This document shows, piece after piece, positions 56,377 to 64,000 of a DNA stretch of 64,000 nucleotides. Source of the DNA: a virus (lineage: Duplodnaviria > Caudoviricetes); the IMG/VR virus record IMGVR_UViG_3300025575_000013, positions 1,951 through 65,950 of that record; one strand, written 5' to 3'. Every line of letters starts with the position of its first letter. Positions within the stretch are counted from its first letter, which is position 1. Both the position numbers and the translations under genes were made by a program. The notes under the pieces were generated by a model, which did not search any database, was not told the origin of the DNA, and saw only the letters and a program-made list of their open reading frames with translations.

Positions 56377-57896
56377 CCCCCACTCTTCGCCCCCATCAAC
56401 AAACCCTCCACAACGAGACCCTCCAAGCAATGAAAAGGTACAAACACTGCCTCATTGTTGCTGGATGCTCTTTCGGGAAAACGTTTCTATTCTCCTACAT
56501 GGCGTCTCTTACCCAGGCCAAATGTAAGCGTATGATGATACTATCAAACCGTAGTGAAATACTAACCCAGTCTGGAGGGGCGTTGTCTCAATTTGGTGTA
56601 ACCGCTGACTATATTGACCCGGCCCATCCCCACGTGCCCACCTCTTTAGTTTCCGTCTGTATGGCTCAAACCCTACGACGCAGGTATAAACGAAAGGAAT
56701 GGGAAGAGTATATACGGAGCTTGGACATTATTGTTATTGACGAAGCGCACTCTCAGGATTTTAACTTTCTTTTTGAGTCCGGTCTACTTAAAAATAAATG
56801 GGTTTTAGGTTACACGGCCACACCGAAAAGAGACGGGAAACAACGGCAATTAGGGCTTGATTACGAATGTATTGTGGAGGGAATTGACTCAGAGGAATTA
56901 ATGAAGCAAGTATGGCTCGTCAGGTCTAAATACTTCTCAGTTGATGCCCCTGATTTAACAAAAGTCGGAACTGATTCGCTGACGGGGGATTATAAGGCGC
57001 CAGAACTTTTTACATTATTCAATACTCCAGACCGGTATGGTGGAGTTGTTGATAATTACCTCAGGTTAACTCTAGGGCAATCGGCAATCTGTTACTGCTG
57101 TAATCAGGTTCATGCAATTGAAACATGTCGCGCTTTTAATGAAGCTGGAATATCGGCTAAGTTTGTCGTATCTGGGATTAAAAAGGATAAAGAGGAGTAT
57201 CAGGTATTAAAAGATAATTTGCAGTACACGTCCAGTAGAAAGACCATTTTTGACGAATTTAGACGGGGTGAGTTTAAAGTACTCTGTAACGTAAGTGTTG
57301 CCACGACCGGTACAGACCTGCCAATAGCGTCGGTGTGTATTTTAAACATGGCTACTCTTAGTTTGACGAAGTACCTGCAAATGTTAGGGAGGATAGCTCG
57401 TTTATATCCTGGAAAAACGTGGGGTTATGTGCTGGATTTTGGGGGAAACGTAGGTCGGCCTGGGTTTGGAATATACGAGGCTTATCGAAAATGGTCAGTT
57501 TGGCACGAAGAAAAAACAGGTGGTGGAATACAGATGACAAAAGAATGCCCAAAGGATAGAAAGGATAAGAATGGCAAGACGGGATGCGGCCGCTTAATTC
57601 CGGTATCTGCTCAATTCTGCCCATTCTGCGGATATATTTTCGCAACGGAAAAAGAGATACGGGATGCCGAGTTAGTGGAGATTATTGACGGGAGGTTTAA
57701 GTTTAAAGAGATGTCGGCGTTACAGCTAAAGGCTTATGCTGAATTACATGGGAATAAGATGGCTTGGGTTTATAGGATGCTATGGGTTGGAGGTGGTGAG
57801 GCTGGGTTCAGGAAAGGGATGAAAGAATTGGGTTATCAGAGTAAGTTTATATGGTTAACTTTAGAGAGATTTAAAAAAGAAAAGAAAAGTAAATAA
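56373..57896 (+). CDS. SF2 DEAH helicase (YejH/RadD-like) with C-terminal Zn ribbon
   Basis: LR.HQ; GCSFGKT; IDEAH; TATP; TGTDLP; QMLGR..R; C..C...CPFCG. Confidence 0.92.
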   Translation: MTPTLRPHQQTLHNETLQAMKRYKHCLIVAGCSFGKTFLFSYMASLTQAKCKRMMILSNRSEILTQSGGALSQFGVTADYIDPAHPHVPTSLVSVCMAQTLRRRYKRKEWEEYIRSLDIIVIDEAHSQDFNFLFESGLLKNKWVLGYTATPKRDGKQRQLGLDYECIVEGIDSEELMKQVWLVRSKYFSVDAPDLTKVGTDSLTGDYKAPELFTLFNTPDRYGGVVDNYLRLTLGQSAICYCCNQVHAIETCRAFNEAGISAKFVVSGIKKDKEEYQVLKDNLQYTSSRKTIFDEFRRGEFKVLCNVSVATTGTDLPIASVCILNMATLSLTKYLQMLGRIARLYPGKTWGYVLDFGGNVGRPGFGIYEAYRKWSVWHEEKTGGGIQMTKECPKDRKDKNGKTGCGRLIPVSAQFCPFCGYIFATEKEIRDAELVEIIDGRFKFKEMSALQLKAYAELHGNKMAWVYRMLWVGGGEAGFRKGMKELGYQSKFIWLTLERFKKEKKSK

Positions 57897-57947
57897 TAAT
57901 TTGTCACATATTTATGCTACATTTGCGACAGAAATAAAACAAAAATT

Positions 57948-58235
57948 ATGGAACCAGAATGTTTTATCAGAAAAAATACGCCAGAATTAAGGTTGGCGTT
58001 GAAGGAAATAGGATATGATATATGCACCTGTTGCACTTTTAGACACTGGAATTGGCTCCATATCGGTGAGTGGGGTGTGCATGGAATACGGACGGTTTTT
58101 GATAAGGAGTTTGGGGTAAATATGTCAGAATTATTTCTGTTGGAGAAAGATGATTATTGCATCGATTGCGGGGAGGATGAAGAAATGTTTTTAAAATTAG
58201 CAAAAGAAATTTATGAAAAAACTAAAGCAGGGTGA
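57948..58235 (+). CDS. Hypothetical protein
   Basis: FIRKNTPELR..L.E.GY...IDCG.DEE.FL.LA. Confidence 0.6.
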   Translation: MEPECFIRKNTPELRLALKEIGYDICTCCTFRHWNWLHIGEWGVHGIRTVFDKEFGVNMSELFLLEKDDYCIDCGEDEEMFLKLAKEIYEKTKAG

Positions 58236-58605
58236 TTTATGTAAGATCTGGATAGATGATCGCCCGGAATATGATCTTGGTATTTTTATAAAACACGAGG
58301 AAAGTAAGCTTGTTTTCGATGCTATCCAGAGTTGTTTATTATATAGAAAGCCAAAGGACGGATATTTTCATACAGAGATGAGGGTTCCAATTCGGACAAA
58401 AGTGACCGTATGGAAACAATCCTCATTTGAAAAGCAGACCATAAAATATGGATTCGTAGTCCGAAATGGTGAATTTGTGGATAGAGGCATCGTAATAAAG
58501 GAGTTGTCACGTAGCCTGTCCTCCTATTTCTCTATATACGCCTGTCGTAAATTTCTAAATAAACTTAAACAAATAAGAAAACAATATGAAAAAACTACTA
58601 ATTAG
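58213..58605 (+). CDS. Hypothetical protein
   Basis: 130 aa. Confidence 0.5.
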   Translation: MKKLKQGDLCKIWIDDRPEYDLGIFIKHEESKLVFDAIQSCLLYRKPKDGYFHTEMRVPIRTKVTVWKQSSFEKQTIKYGFVVRNGEFVDRGIVIKELSRSLSSYFSIYACRKFLNKLKQIRKQYEKTTN

Positions 58606-58698
58606 GTTAAGTGCGATCCCATTGTTCCTGGTCCTTGGGTGTGGATTTGTTATTAATTTTATATACTGGCTATTTACCGGAGAAGCCATTGAAGCTCA

Positions 58699-59199
58699 AT
58701 GGCTCGAAAACTGGTTAAATGCCGTAGAGAGAGAGATGGTATGATAATCATAGAACCTCGCCCTCCTAAAAAACGCGCACCATCAGCTAATGAAGAGGCT
58801 AAATTACAAACAGAATGCAACCTATGGTACATTAACGAATGGAGACAGCACCCAAAAAACTTATGGACAACATTTAACGAAGGCAAAAATGTAAGCCAAA
58901 GATTATCTATGGGGATGGTCTCTGGGGTTAGTGATAGATTGTATTACGAGTCATGGGGGCGTGGGTTAATTGGGCTTGAGTTTAAATATCCAGGCACTAA
59001 GCATGACGTTCAACACGTCATCAGGCAGTGTGAGTGGATTTTAGAGGTTTGCGATGGGGGTGGGTTCATTGACGATAGAAGTCAATTTATAAATATCATC
59101 ACGGGCCATAATTCATGGCATGATCCATCCAGGGTTTTGTTGTATTTATCAAAAATAAAAACAAGTAGTTTTATATGGGATGGGTCTAAATTTTTATAG
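58699..59199 (+). CDS. VRR-NUC nuclease
   Basis: EAKLQ..C; G...GVSD; LEFK; Q. Confidence 0.8.
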   Translation: MARKLVKCRRERDGMIIIEPRPPKKRAPSANEEAKLQTECNLWYINEWRQHPKNLWTTFNEGKNVSQRLSMGMVSGVSDRLYYESWGRGLIGLEFKYPGTKHDVQHVIRQCEWILEVCDGGGFIDDRSQFINIITGHNSWHDPSRVLLYLSKIKTSSFIWDGSKFL

Positions 59200-59225
59200 T
59201 TTACTCAAATAAAAGTATATAGAAT

Positions 59226-59864
59226 ATGAGATTAGATCTGACAGGGGCTGTTTTTGGAAGATTAACTATAGATAGTTATTTCGGGTTATCGAAAGATAAA
59301 AGAACCTTATGGAATTGTTCTTGTTCTTGCGGGAATAAAAAAGTAGCCTCTAGGCACGAGCTCAGAAGCGGTGATACTAAAAGCTGCGGATGTCTAAGAA
59401 TAGAAATGACAAGAGCTAGGTCATCGACTCACGGAAAAAGGGGCTGTAACGAGTATAAAATATGGCTATCGATGAAAGATAGATGTTTAAATAAGAATGC
59501 TAATAATTATAATAATTATGGAGGACGTGGTATATCTGTATGTGACGAGTGGGGAAAATCTTTTTCTGCGTTTTATGCGGATATGGGTAGGAGGCCAAGT
59601 TTAAGTCATTCGATAGACAGGATAGATAATAACGGCAACTATACTAAGAATAATTGTAAATGGGCTACAAGGCGAGAGCAAAATAACAACAGAAGAGAGA
59701 CTATATTTGTAGAATACGGAGGAGCCAGATTGTGCCTTTCCAGCATGTGTGAAAAAACTGGTATAAATTACCACTGCGCACAACAAAGGCTTCATAAATA
59801 TAAATGGAGTGTATTTGACACATTTTCAAAGCCAGTTGGAATCGCCAGGAACTTTAAAAAATAA
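59226..59864 (+). CDS. HNH homing endonuclease
   Basis: W.C.CSCG; TKSCGC; W..MK.RC; YGGRGI.VC.EW; SIDRIDNNGNY...NC.WAT. Confidence 0.88.
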   Translation: MRLDLTGAVFGRLTIDSYFGLSKDKRTLWNCSCSCGNKKVASRHELRSGDTKSCGCLRIEMTRARSSTHGKRGCNEYKIWLSMKDRCLNKNANNYNNYGGRGISVCDEWGKSFSAFYADMGRRPSLSHSIDRIDNNGNYTKNNCKWATRREQNNNRRETIFVEYGGARLCLSSMCEKTGINYHCAQQRLHKYKWSVFDTFSKPVGIARNFKK

Positions 59865-59959
59865 TAGTTGTTGTTCAATAAAAACCCAAGTTCATCTCCA
59901 TTAAACACTCATTTTAGTTAAACTGTGTTAAACCCATTGTTAAACCCATTTTTAGTACT

Positions 59960-61131
59960 TATCTTTGGGAAAAATAAAGATTATGAAGGAAATAATTAAC
60001 AAGAGTGGCGTAGTCACCAAAATATTTGCCGAAACCTTTGAGCAGGAGGCTTATAATCAAATAGAAGAATTATGTAATTTTGAACCATATCTTAACAGTA
60101 AGATACGCATTATGCCAGATGCCCATGCCGGAAAGGGATGTACTGTTGGGACAACTATGACCATAACTGATAAGGTTACGCCAAATCTAATAGGGGTAGA
60201 TATAGGATGCGGAATGAATGTTCTGAAATTGCATGAGACTAAAATTGACCTAAAGGAATTAGACGAGGTTATAAATAATCATATTCCATCTGGTTTCAAT
60301 GTACATTCAAGTCCGGTTGTAGATTATAATTTTGATGATTTGATTTGTAAGGATTCGGTAAATTTAGGGAGAGCCGCTCTATCCATTGGGACTCTTGGTG
60401 GTGGAAATCATTTTATAGAGGTTAATATATCGTCAAATAATTCAGATTTATACCTTGTCATCCACTCCGGTAGTAGGAATCTTGGGAAGTGTGTATGTGA
60501 ACATTATCAGAAAATTGCATCCAACTCACATCCTAAAATGAATAAGGATTTAGCGTATCTTTCTGGAACCGACATGGAGGCCTATCTTAATGATATGAAA
60601 TTTGCTCAGGAATACGCCGTTAAAAACAGATGGGCTATAGCATCCGAAATACAAAAGTATATGGGATTTCAGGTTGATTCTTCTTTTGAGTCTATCCATA
60701 ACTATATTGACTTTGAAGGCATGATCCTTCGAAAGGGAGCCGTGTCGGCTGCGGCTGGAGAGGAATTAATCATACCTATTAATATGCGAGATGGCTCACT
60801 ACTTTGTACTGGGAAAGGAAATCCTGACTGGAACCGTTCTGCGCCTCATGGAGCTGGTAGGCTAATGAGCCGGAGCAAGGCTAAGAAGACCTTAAATTTG
60901 ACTGATTTTTCAGACAGCATGAATGGTATATACACCACCTCTATTTGCACAGAAACCCTTGACGAGGCTCCTATGGCTTATAAGTCGATAGATGAGATAA
61001 CTAGCGGAATATCGGATACAGCAGAAATAATTGATATTATTAAGCCTATATATAATTTTAAGTCTCATTAATAATTATTAACTTTTAATTTAGAATATGA
61101 ATTTGTATCTTTGGGAAAAATAAATGTTATG
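59960..61131 (+). repeat. 26-bp promoter-plus-leader direct repeat flanking rtcB
   Basis: TATCTTTGGGAAAAATAAAGATTATG (59960) and TATCTTTGGGAAAAATAAATGTTATG (61106), 24/26 identical. Confidence 0.8.
59983..61071 (+). CDS. rtcB: RtcB RNA ligase (2',3'-cyclic phosphate / 5'-OH)
   Basis: MPDAH.G.G; GVDIGCGM; GTLGGGNHFIE; HSGSR; HNY; RKGA; PHGAGR; DEAPMAYK; start reassigned to ATG 59983. Confidence 0.95.
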   Translation: MKEIINKSGVVTKIFAETFEQEAYNQIEELCNFEPYLNSKIRIMPDAHAGKGCTVGTTMTITDKVTPNLIGVDIGCGMNVLKLHETKIDLKELDEVINNHIPSGFNVHSSPVVDYNFDDLICKDSVNLGRAALSIGTLGGGNHFIEVNISSNNSDLYLVIHSGSRNLGKCVCEHYQKIASNSHPKMNKDLAYLSGTDMEAYLNDMKFAQEYAVKNRWAIASEIQKYMGFQVDSSFESIHNYIDFEGMILRKGAVSAAAGEELIIPINMRDGSLLCTGKGNPDWNRSAPHGAGRLMSRSKAKKTLNLTDFSDSMNGIYTTSICTETLDEAPMAYKSIDEITSGISDTAEIIDIIKPIYNFKSH

Positions 61132-62226
61132 AAAACTCTCCCCACCTACACCTTATCAATCATCTCCGTCAAGTCTCGCCTAACCCTGCGTTTCTACAAA
61201 GACGGAAATCATTATAAATCAAAAAGTCTTGGATTGCCAGCAACCACCGAAGACATATCTACCCCCAATGCCGCCTTAAATGCAGTTATGGCGAAGTATA
61301 AGAATGAGTTCGCTAATGTAGCTTACGACTATGCAATAAATGGTAAAACAGACCCGTATCAGGCCATGTTTGGAACTAAGTCCAATATTCCTGATTTTTC
61401 TGCGATGTTTAAAGGGACTCATTTTATTGGGTTCTCTGGGGATAAAATAGATTGGATAGATATAGATAATGCTCTGCTATACTCTTACAAGGCGGATCTG
61501 TCGAGTGATGGGTACTCGGATAACACTATTAAAAAATATCTCAGCGACGTAAGATCTAAATTAGTATTAGCGAGAGATTTAGGTGTGGAGTTTCCCGCTA
61601 ATAGTTTTAAAAGCATATTTAAGTGTGAAAAAGGCAGACATACCAGTATCTATCTGACAAAAACAGAGCTGGAAAGGCTTAGTGAAGTCGGAACTTTTAC
61701 CGACGTAGAAAAGTCAGCCTTAGTTTATTTTCTTATCTCCGCTTATACCGGTTGTCGTTTTTCTGATGTGATAGAATTAAATCTATCAAACATAGTCGTT
61801 ACAGACCGACCATGTACCTCTGGGAGGACTAAAAAGATTGAAGAAATATTCTATGTTTCGCAAAAGACTGGAACCCCGACCTATGTGACATTGAAACCGC
61901 TTGTAAAAGACCTGCTTCGAATACCCATAATCAGTATTTCTAATAACCAGGCAAACCAAGTCTTGCCATCTCTTTGCGAAAGAGCCGGAATTATAGCTCC
62001 AGCAAAAGTAGTTAAGGCAGACAAATCCGTAGAGGGTAGAAAATGTGATTTCGTTACAACCCATATCGCACGAAAGTCATTCGCTACAAATATATATATA
62101 TCTGGAGAAAAGTTAAGAAACGTATCCCTTATGATGGGGCACGCTTCTATAGAAATAACGAGTTCGACATACATTTGTTGTGGACAGATTGAGGATGATG
62201 GAGTAAGAAGTAATTATTTTGAGTGA
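61129..62226 (+). CDS. int: Tyrosine recombinase / integrase
   Basis: TGCRFSD; QKT; HIARKSFAT; MGH....T..Y; full R-K-H-R-H-Y set; start reassigned to ATG 61129. Confidence 0.9.
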   Translation: MKTLPTYTLSIISVKSRLTLRFYKDGNHYKSKSLGLPATTEDISTPNAALNAVMAKYKNEFANVAYDYAINGKTDPYQAMFGTKSNIPDFSAMFKGTHFIGFSGDKIDWIDIDNALLYSYKADLSSDGYSDNTIKKYLSDVRSKLVLARDLGVEFPANSFKSIFKCEKGRHTSIYLTKTELERLSEVGTFTDVEKSALVYFLISAYTGCRFSDVIELNLSNIVVTDRPCTSGRTKKIEEIFYVSQKTGTPTYVTLKPLVKDLLRIPIISISNNQANQVLPSLCERAGIIAPAKVVKADKSVEGRKCDFVTTHIARKSFATNIYISGEKLRNVSLMMGHASIEITSSTYICCGQIEDDGVRSNYFE

Positions 62227-62512
62227 GACTAACATGGGCGCCCTTATTCAGATGATACCCTTCACCTCCCCCGATGGCCAATCTGATATGTTATGTATCA
62301 CTCAGGTCAGGTTTGACTCCGCTGTGGTGGGACGAATAAGATTCTACGGAGAACCAATGAAGTTATTTCGTGATGAACATTTTAATATAGAAGGCGAAAT
62401 AGTGTTTACGGAACAGTTTAATTTTCCGATTGGGTACTTGATGAAATTCTTAGTTGGAAATGATGCTATTGATGAAAAAGGAGTAATAACTAAAGATATT
62501 TGGGAAGAATAG
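62219..62512 (+). CDS. Hypothetical protein
   Basis: 97 aa. Confidence 0.5.
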   Translation: MSETNMGALIQMIPFTSPDGQSDMLCITQVRFDSAVVGRIRFYGEPMKLFRDEHFNIEGEIVFTEQFNFPIGYLMKFLVGNDAIDEKGVITKDIWEE

Positions 62513-62513
62513 A

Positions 62514-63065
62514 ATGAAAGCAAGAGACGACTTTTTTAACCATCTAATGTTGGATATTGAGACTATGGGTAACGAGAGTTTCTCAAGTATAGTAAGCATA
62601 GGGGCATTGGAGTTTGATATAAATACAGGAAACACAGGGAGGGAATTTTATGTAAACGTAGACTTACAGAGCTGTATTGACTTAGGTTTAATTGTAAACG
62701 CCTCTACTATAATGTGGTGGATGAGCCAAAATACGCAAGCGATAAAAGACCTAACAGAGCCGCCCGTATTACATATAAAGGACGCGTTATTGGAATTTTC
62801 TAAGTTTTGTATAAACGACTATGAGATTTGGGGTAATTCTGCCAGGTTTGATTGTGGGATATTGCAGAACGCATACAATAAGGCTAATGTTCCTATTCCA
62901 TGGGATTTCAGAAAAGAGAGATGCGTCAGAACTCTCGTAAGTTTTAACCCCGGAATAAAGAAAAACTGCCAATCCGTAGGTACGTCCCATAACGCTCTAT
63001 CGGATTGTTATTTCCAAGTTAAATATTGCTGCGATATATGGGCGCATTTAAATCGTAAAAACTAA
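62514..63065 (+). CDS. 3'-5' exonuclease, Rv2179c-like DEDDh family
   Basis: HLMLDIETMG; SIGA.EF; WGN.A.FD..IL; ERC.RT; HNAL.D. Confidence 0.9.
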   Translation: MKARDDFFNHLMLDIETMGNESFSSIVSIGALEFDINTGNTGREFYVNVDLQSCIDLGLIVNASTIMWWMSQNTQAIKDLTEPPVLHIKDALLEFSKFCINDYEIWGNSARFDCGILQNAYNKANVPIPWDFRKERCVRTLVSFNPGIKKNCQSVGTSHNALSDCYFQVKYCCDIWAHLNRKN

Positions 63066-63071
63066 AATAAA

Positions 63072-63986
63072 ATGAAACATAAAGGAAGACGCTATAACGC
63101 AACAAAAACGCACCGTCCAGAATTAATCCCCCAATACGCATTGGACAAAGTATGCGAAATACTAACCAATGGGGCACATAAATACACAACCTTTTTACTC
63201 CCAGACGGGACAGAAGTAACCGGTGAGTTTATAAGCAAGCATGACTCCGCTGGGCTACCAATAGTCTCCCAGGGTGATAATAACTGGCGTAACGGAATGT
63301 CGTGGACTAAAGGGGCATTAGGATCTCTTAAAAGGCATCTTTCGGATTGGGAGAATGGCCTTGACTTTGATCCAGAAGATGGACAGTTACTAATGGCTAA
63401 AATTGCTACCAATGCGTTATTCTTAACTGAGTGGTCTAAAACGTACCCGCAAGGAGATGACCGTTGGAAGCAATATCTTCATATTCCAAAAATTGGACTC
63501 GATATTGATGATGTTCTGTCTGATTTTATACCAGAATTTGCTAAAAAATACAATCTACCTGAACCTAATTCTTGGGGATGGTGTGCTGGTAAAGACGCCG
63601 CATTTAAAGATTTCGTAAGTGATACGGATAAAATGAATAGTTTTTACATGTCCTTGCCGGTAAAGACTTCTCCAGAATATATTCCATTCGAACCCGTAGC
63701 GTACGTTACATCAAGACCATGCTCTACAAAGGTAACTAAAGAGTGGTTAGACCTAATGGCGTTCCCCACAGCACCAGTAATTACAGTCGGAATGGGTGAG
63801 TCCAAAATAGATTCAATCAGGCAGGCCGGAATAGAAGTATTTGTCGACGATCGTTTTGAGAATTTTGTAGAGTTGAATAATGCAGGTATTTGTTGCTATT
63901 TATTCGACTCTCCTCATAACCAAAGATACGATGTTGGAAGTCGTAGGATTAAATCTCTAAAGGATCTTCCTTGGCTTAATACCTGA
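63072..63986 (+). CDS. Fusion: dATP/dGTP diphosphohydrolase (DUF5664-like) + HAD 5'(3')-nucleotidase
   Basis: K....LIP..AL..V..IL..GA.KY...NW..GM.W.....SL.RHL..W..G.D.D.E.G; then IGLDIDDVL, YVTSR and FVDDR. Confidence 0.8.
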   Translation: MKHKGRRYNATKTHRPELIPQYALDKVCEILTNGAHKYTTFLLPDGTEVTGEFISKHDSAGLPIVSQGDNNWRNGMSWTKGALGSLKRHLSDWENGLDFDPEDGQLLMAKIATNALFLTEWSKTYPQGDDRWKQYLHIPKIGLDIDDVLSDFIPEFAKKYNLPEPNSWGWCAGKDAAFKDFVSDTDKMNSFYMSLPVKTSPEYIPFEPVAYVTSRPCSTKVTKEWLDLMAFPTAPVITVGMGESKIDSIRQAGIEVFVDDRFENFVELNNAGICCYLFDSPHNQRYDVGSRRIKSLKDLPWLNT

Positions 63987-64000
63987 TAAAACCAACATTA

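Noticed and set aside
59965-59982. Track starts at TTG/GTG for rtcB, integrase, YopX, 31843 and the Dit paralog
   Set aside because: Those codons lie inside or just after the TAnnTTTG promoter box; the downstream in-frame ATG with an A-rich leader is the likelier start

Overview
A 64 kb section of an AT-rich, long-tailed dsDNA phage (siphovirus-type) of a Bacteroidota host. The host call rests on repeated TAnnTTTG (-7) / TTTG (-33) promoters and A-rich, Shine-Dalgarno-free gene starts. Layout: (i) 1-21.9 kb, minus strand: scaffold, capsid, head-tail joining, two paralogous tail-tube genes, tail chaperone with a probable -1 frameshift, tape measure, distal tail, a LamG+FISUMP adhesin, a large tail protein and lysis genes; (ii) 22.0-25.2 kb, plus strand: large terminase and portal, transcribed divergently from the capsid operon; (iii) 25.2-37.2 kb, minus strand: three atypical tRNAs, SSB, split primase and SF3 helicase, candidate small terminase, HNH nucleases; (iv) 37.2-39.3 kb: a 2.1 kb non-coding control region dense in repeats, palindromes and a candidate structured RNA; (v) 39.3-64 kb, plus strand: many small early genes, DenV, recombination and replication genes, two RNA ligases of opposite chemistry (Rnl2-like and RtcB), a tyrosine recombinase and nucleotide-pool enzymes. 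The most unusual signals are: anticodon- and T-loop-altered tRNAs, including a tRNA-Asn with AUU anticodon and A33, alongside a double RNA-repair kit; several catalytically stripped copies of host DNA-transaction proteins (mini-ComM, DnaA domain IV-only x2, pseudo-DnaQ, degenerate SMC); and repeat-bounded single-gene cassettes. All functional calls come from motif recognition by eye; no database searches were run.
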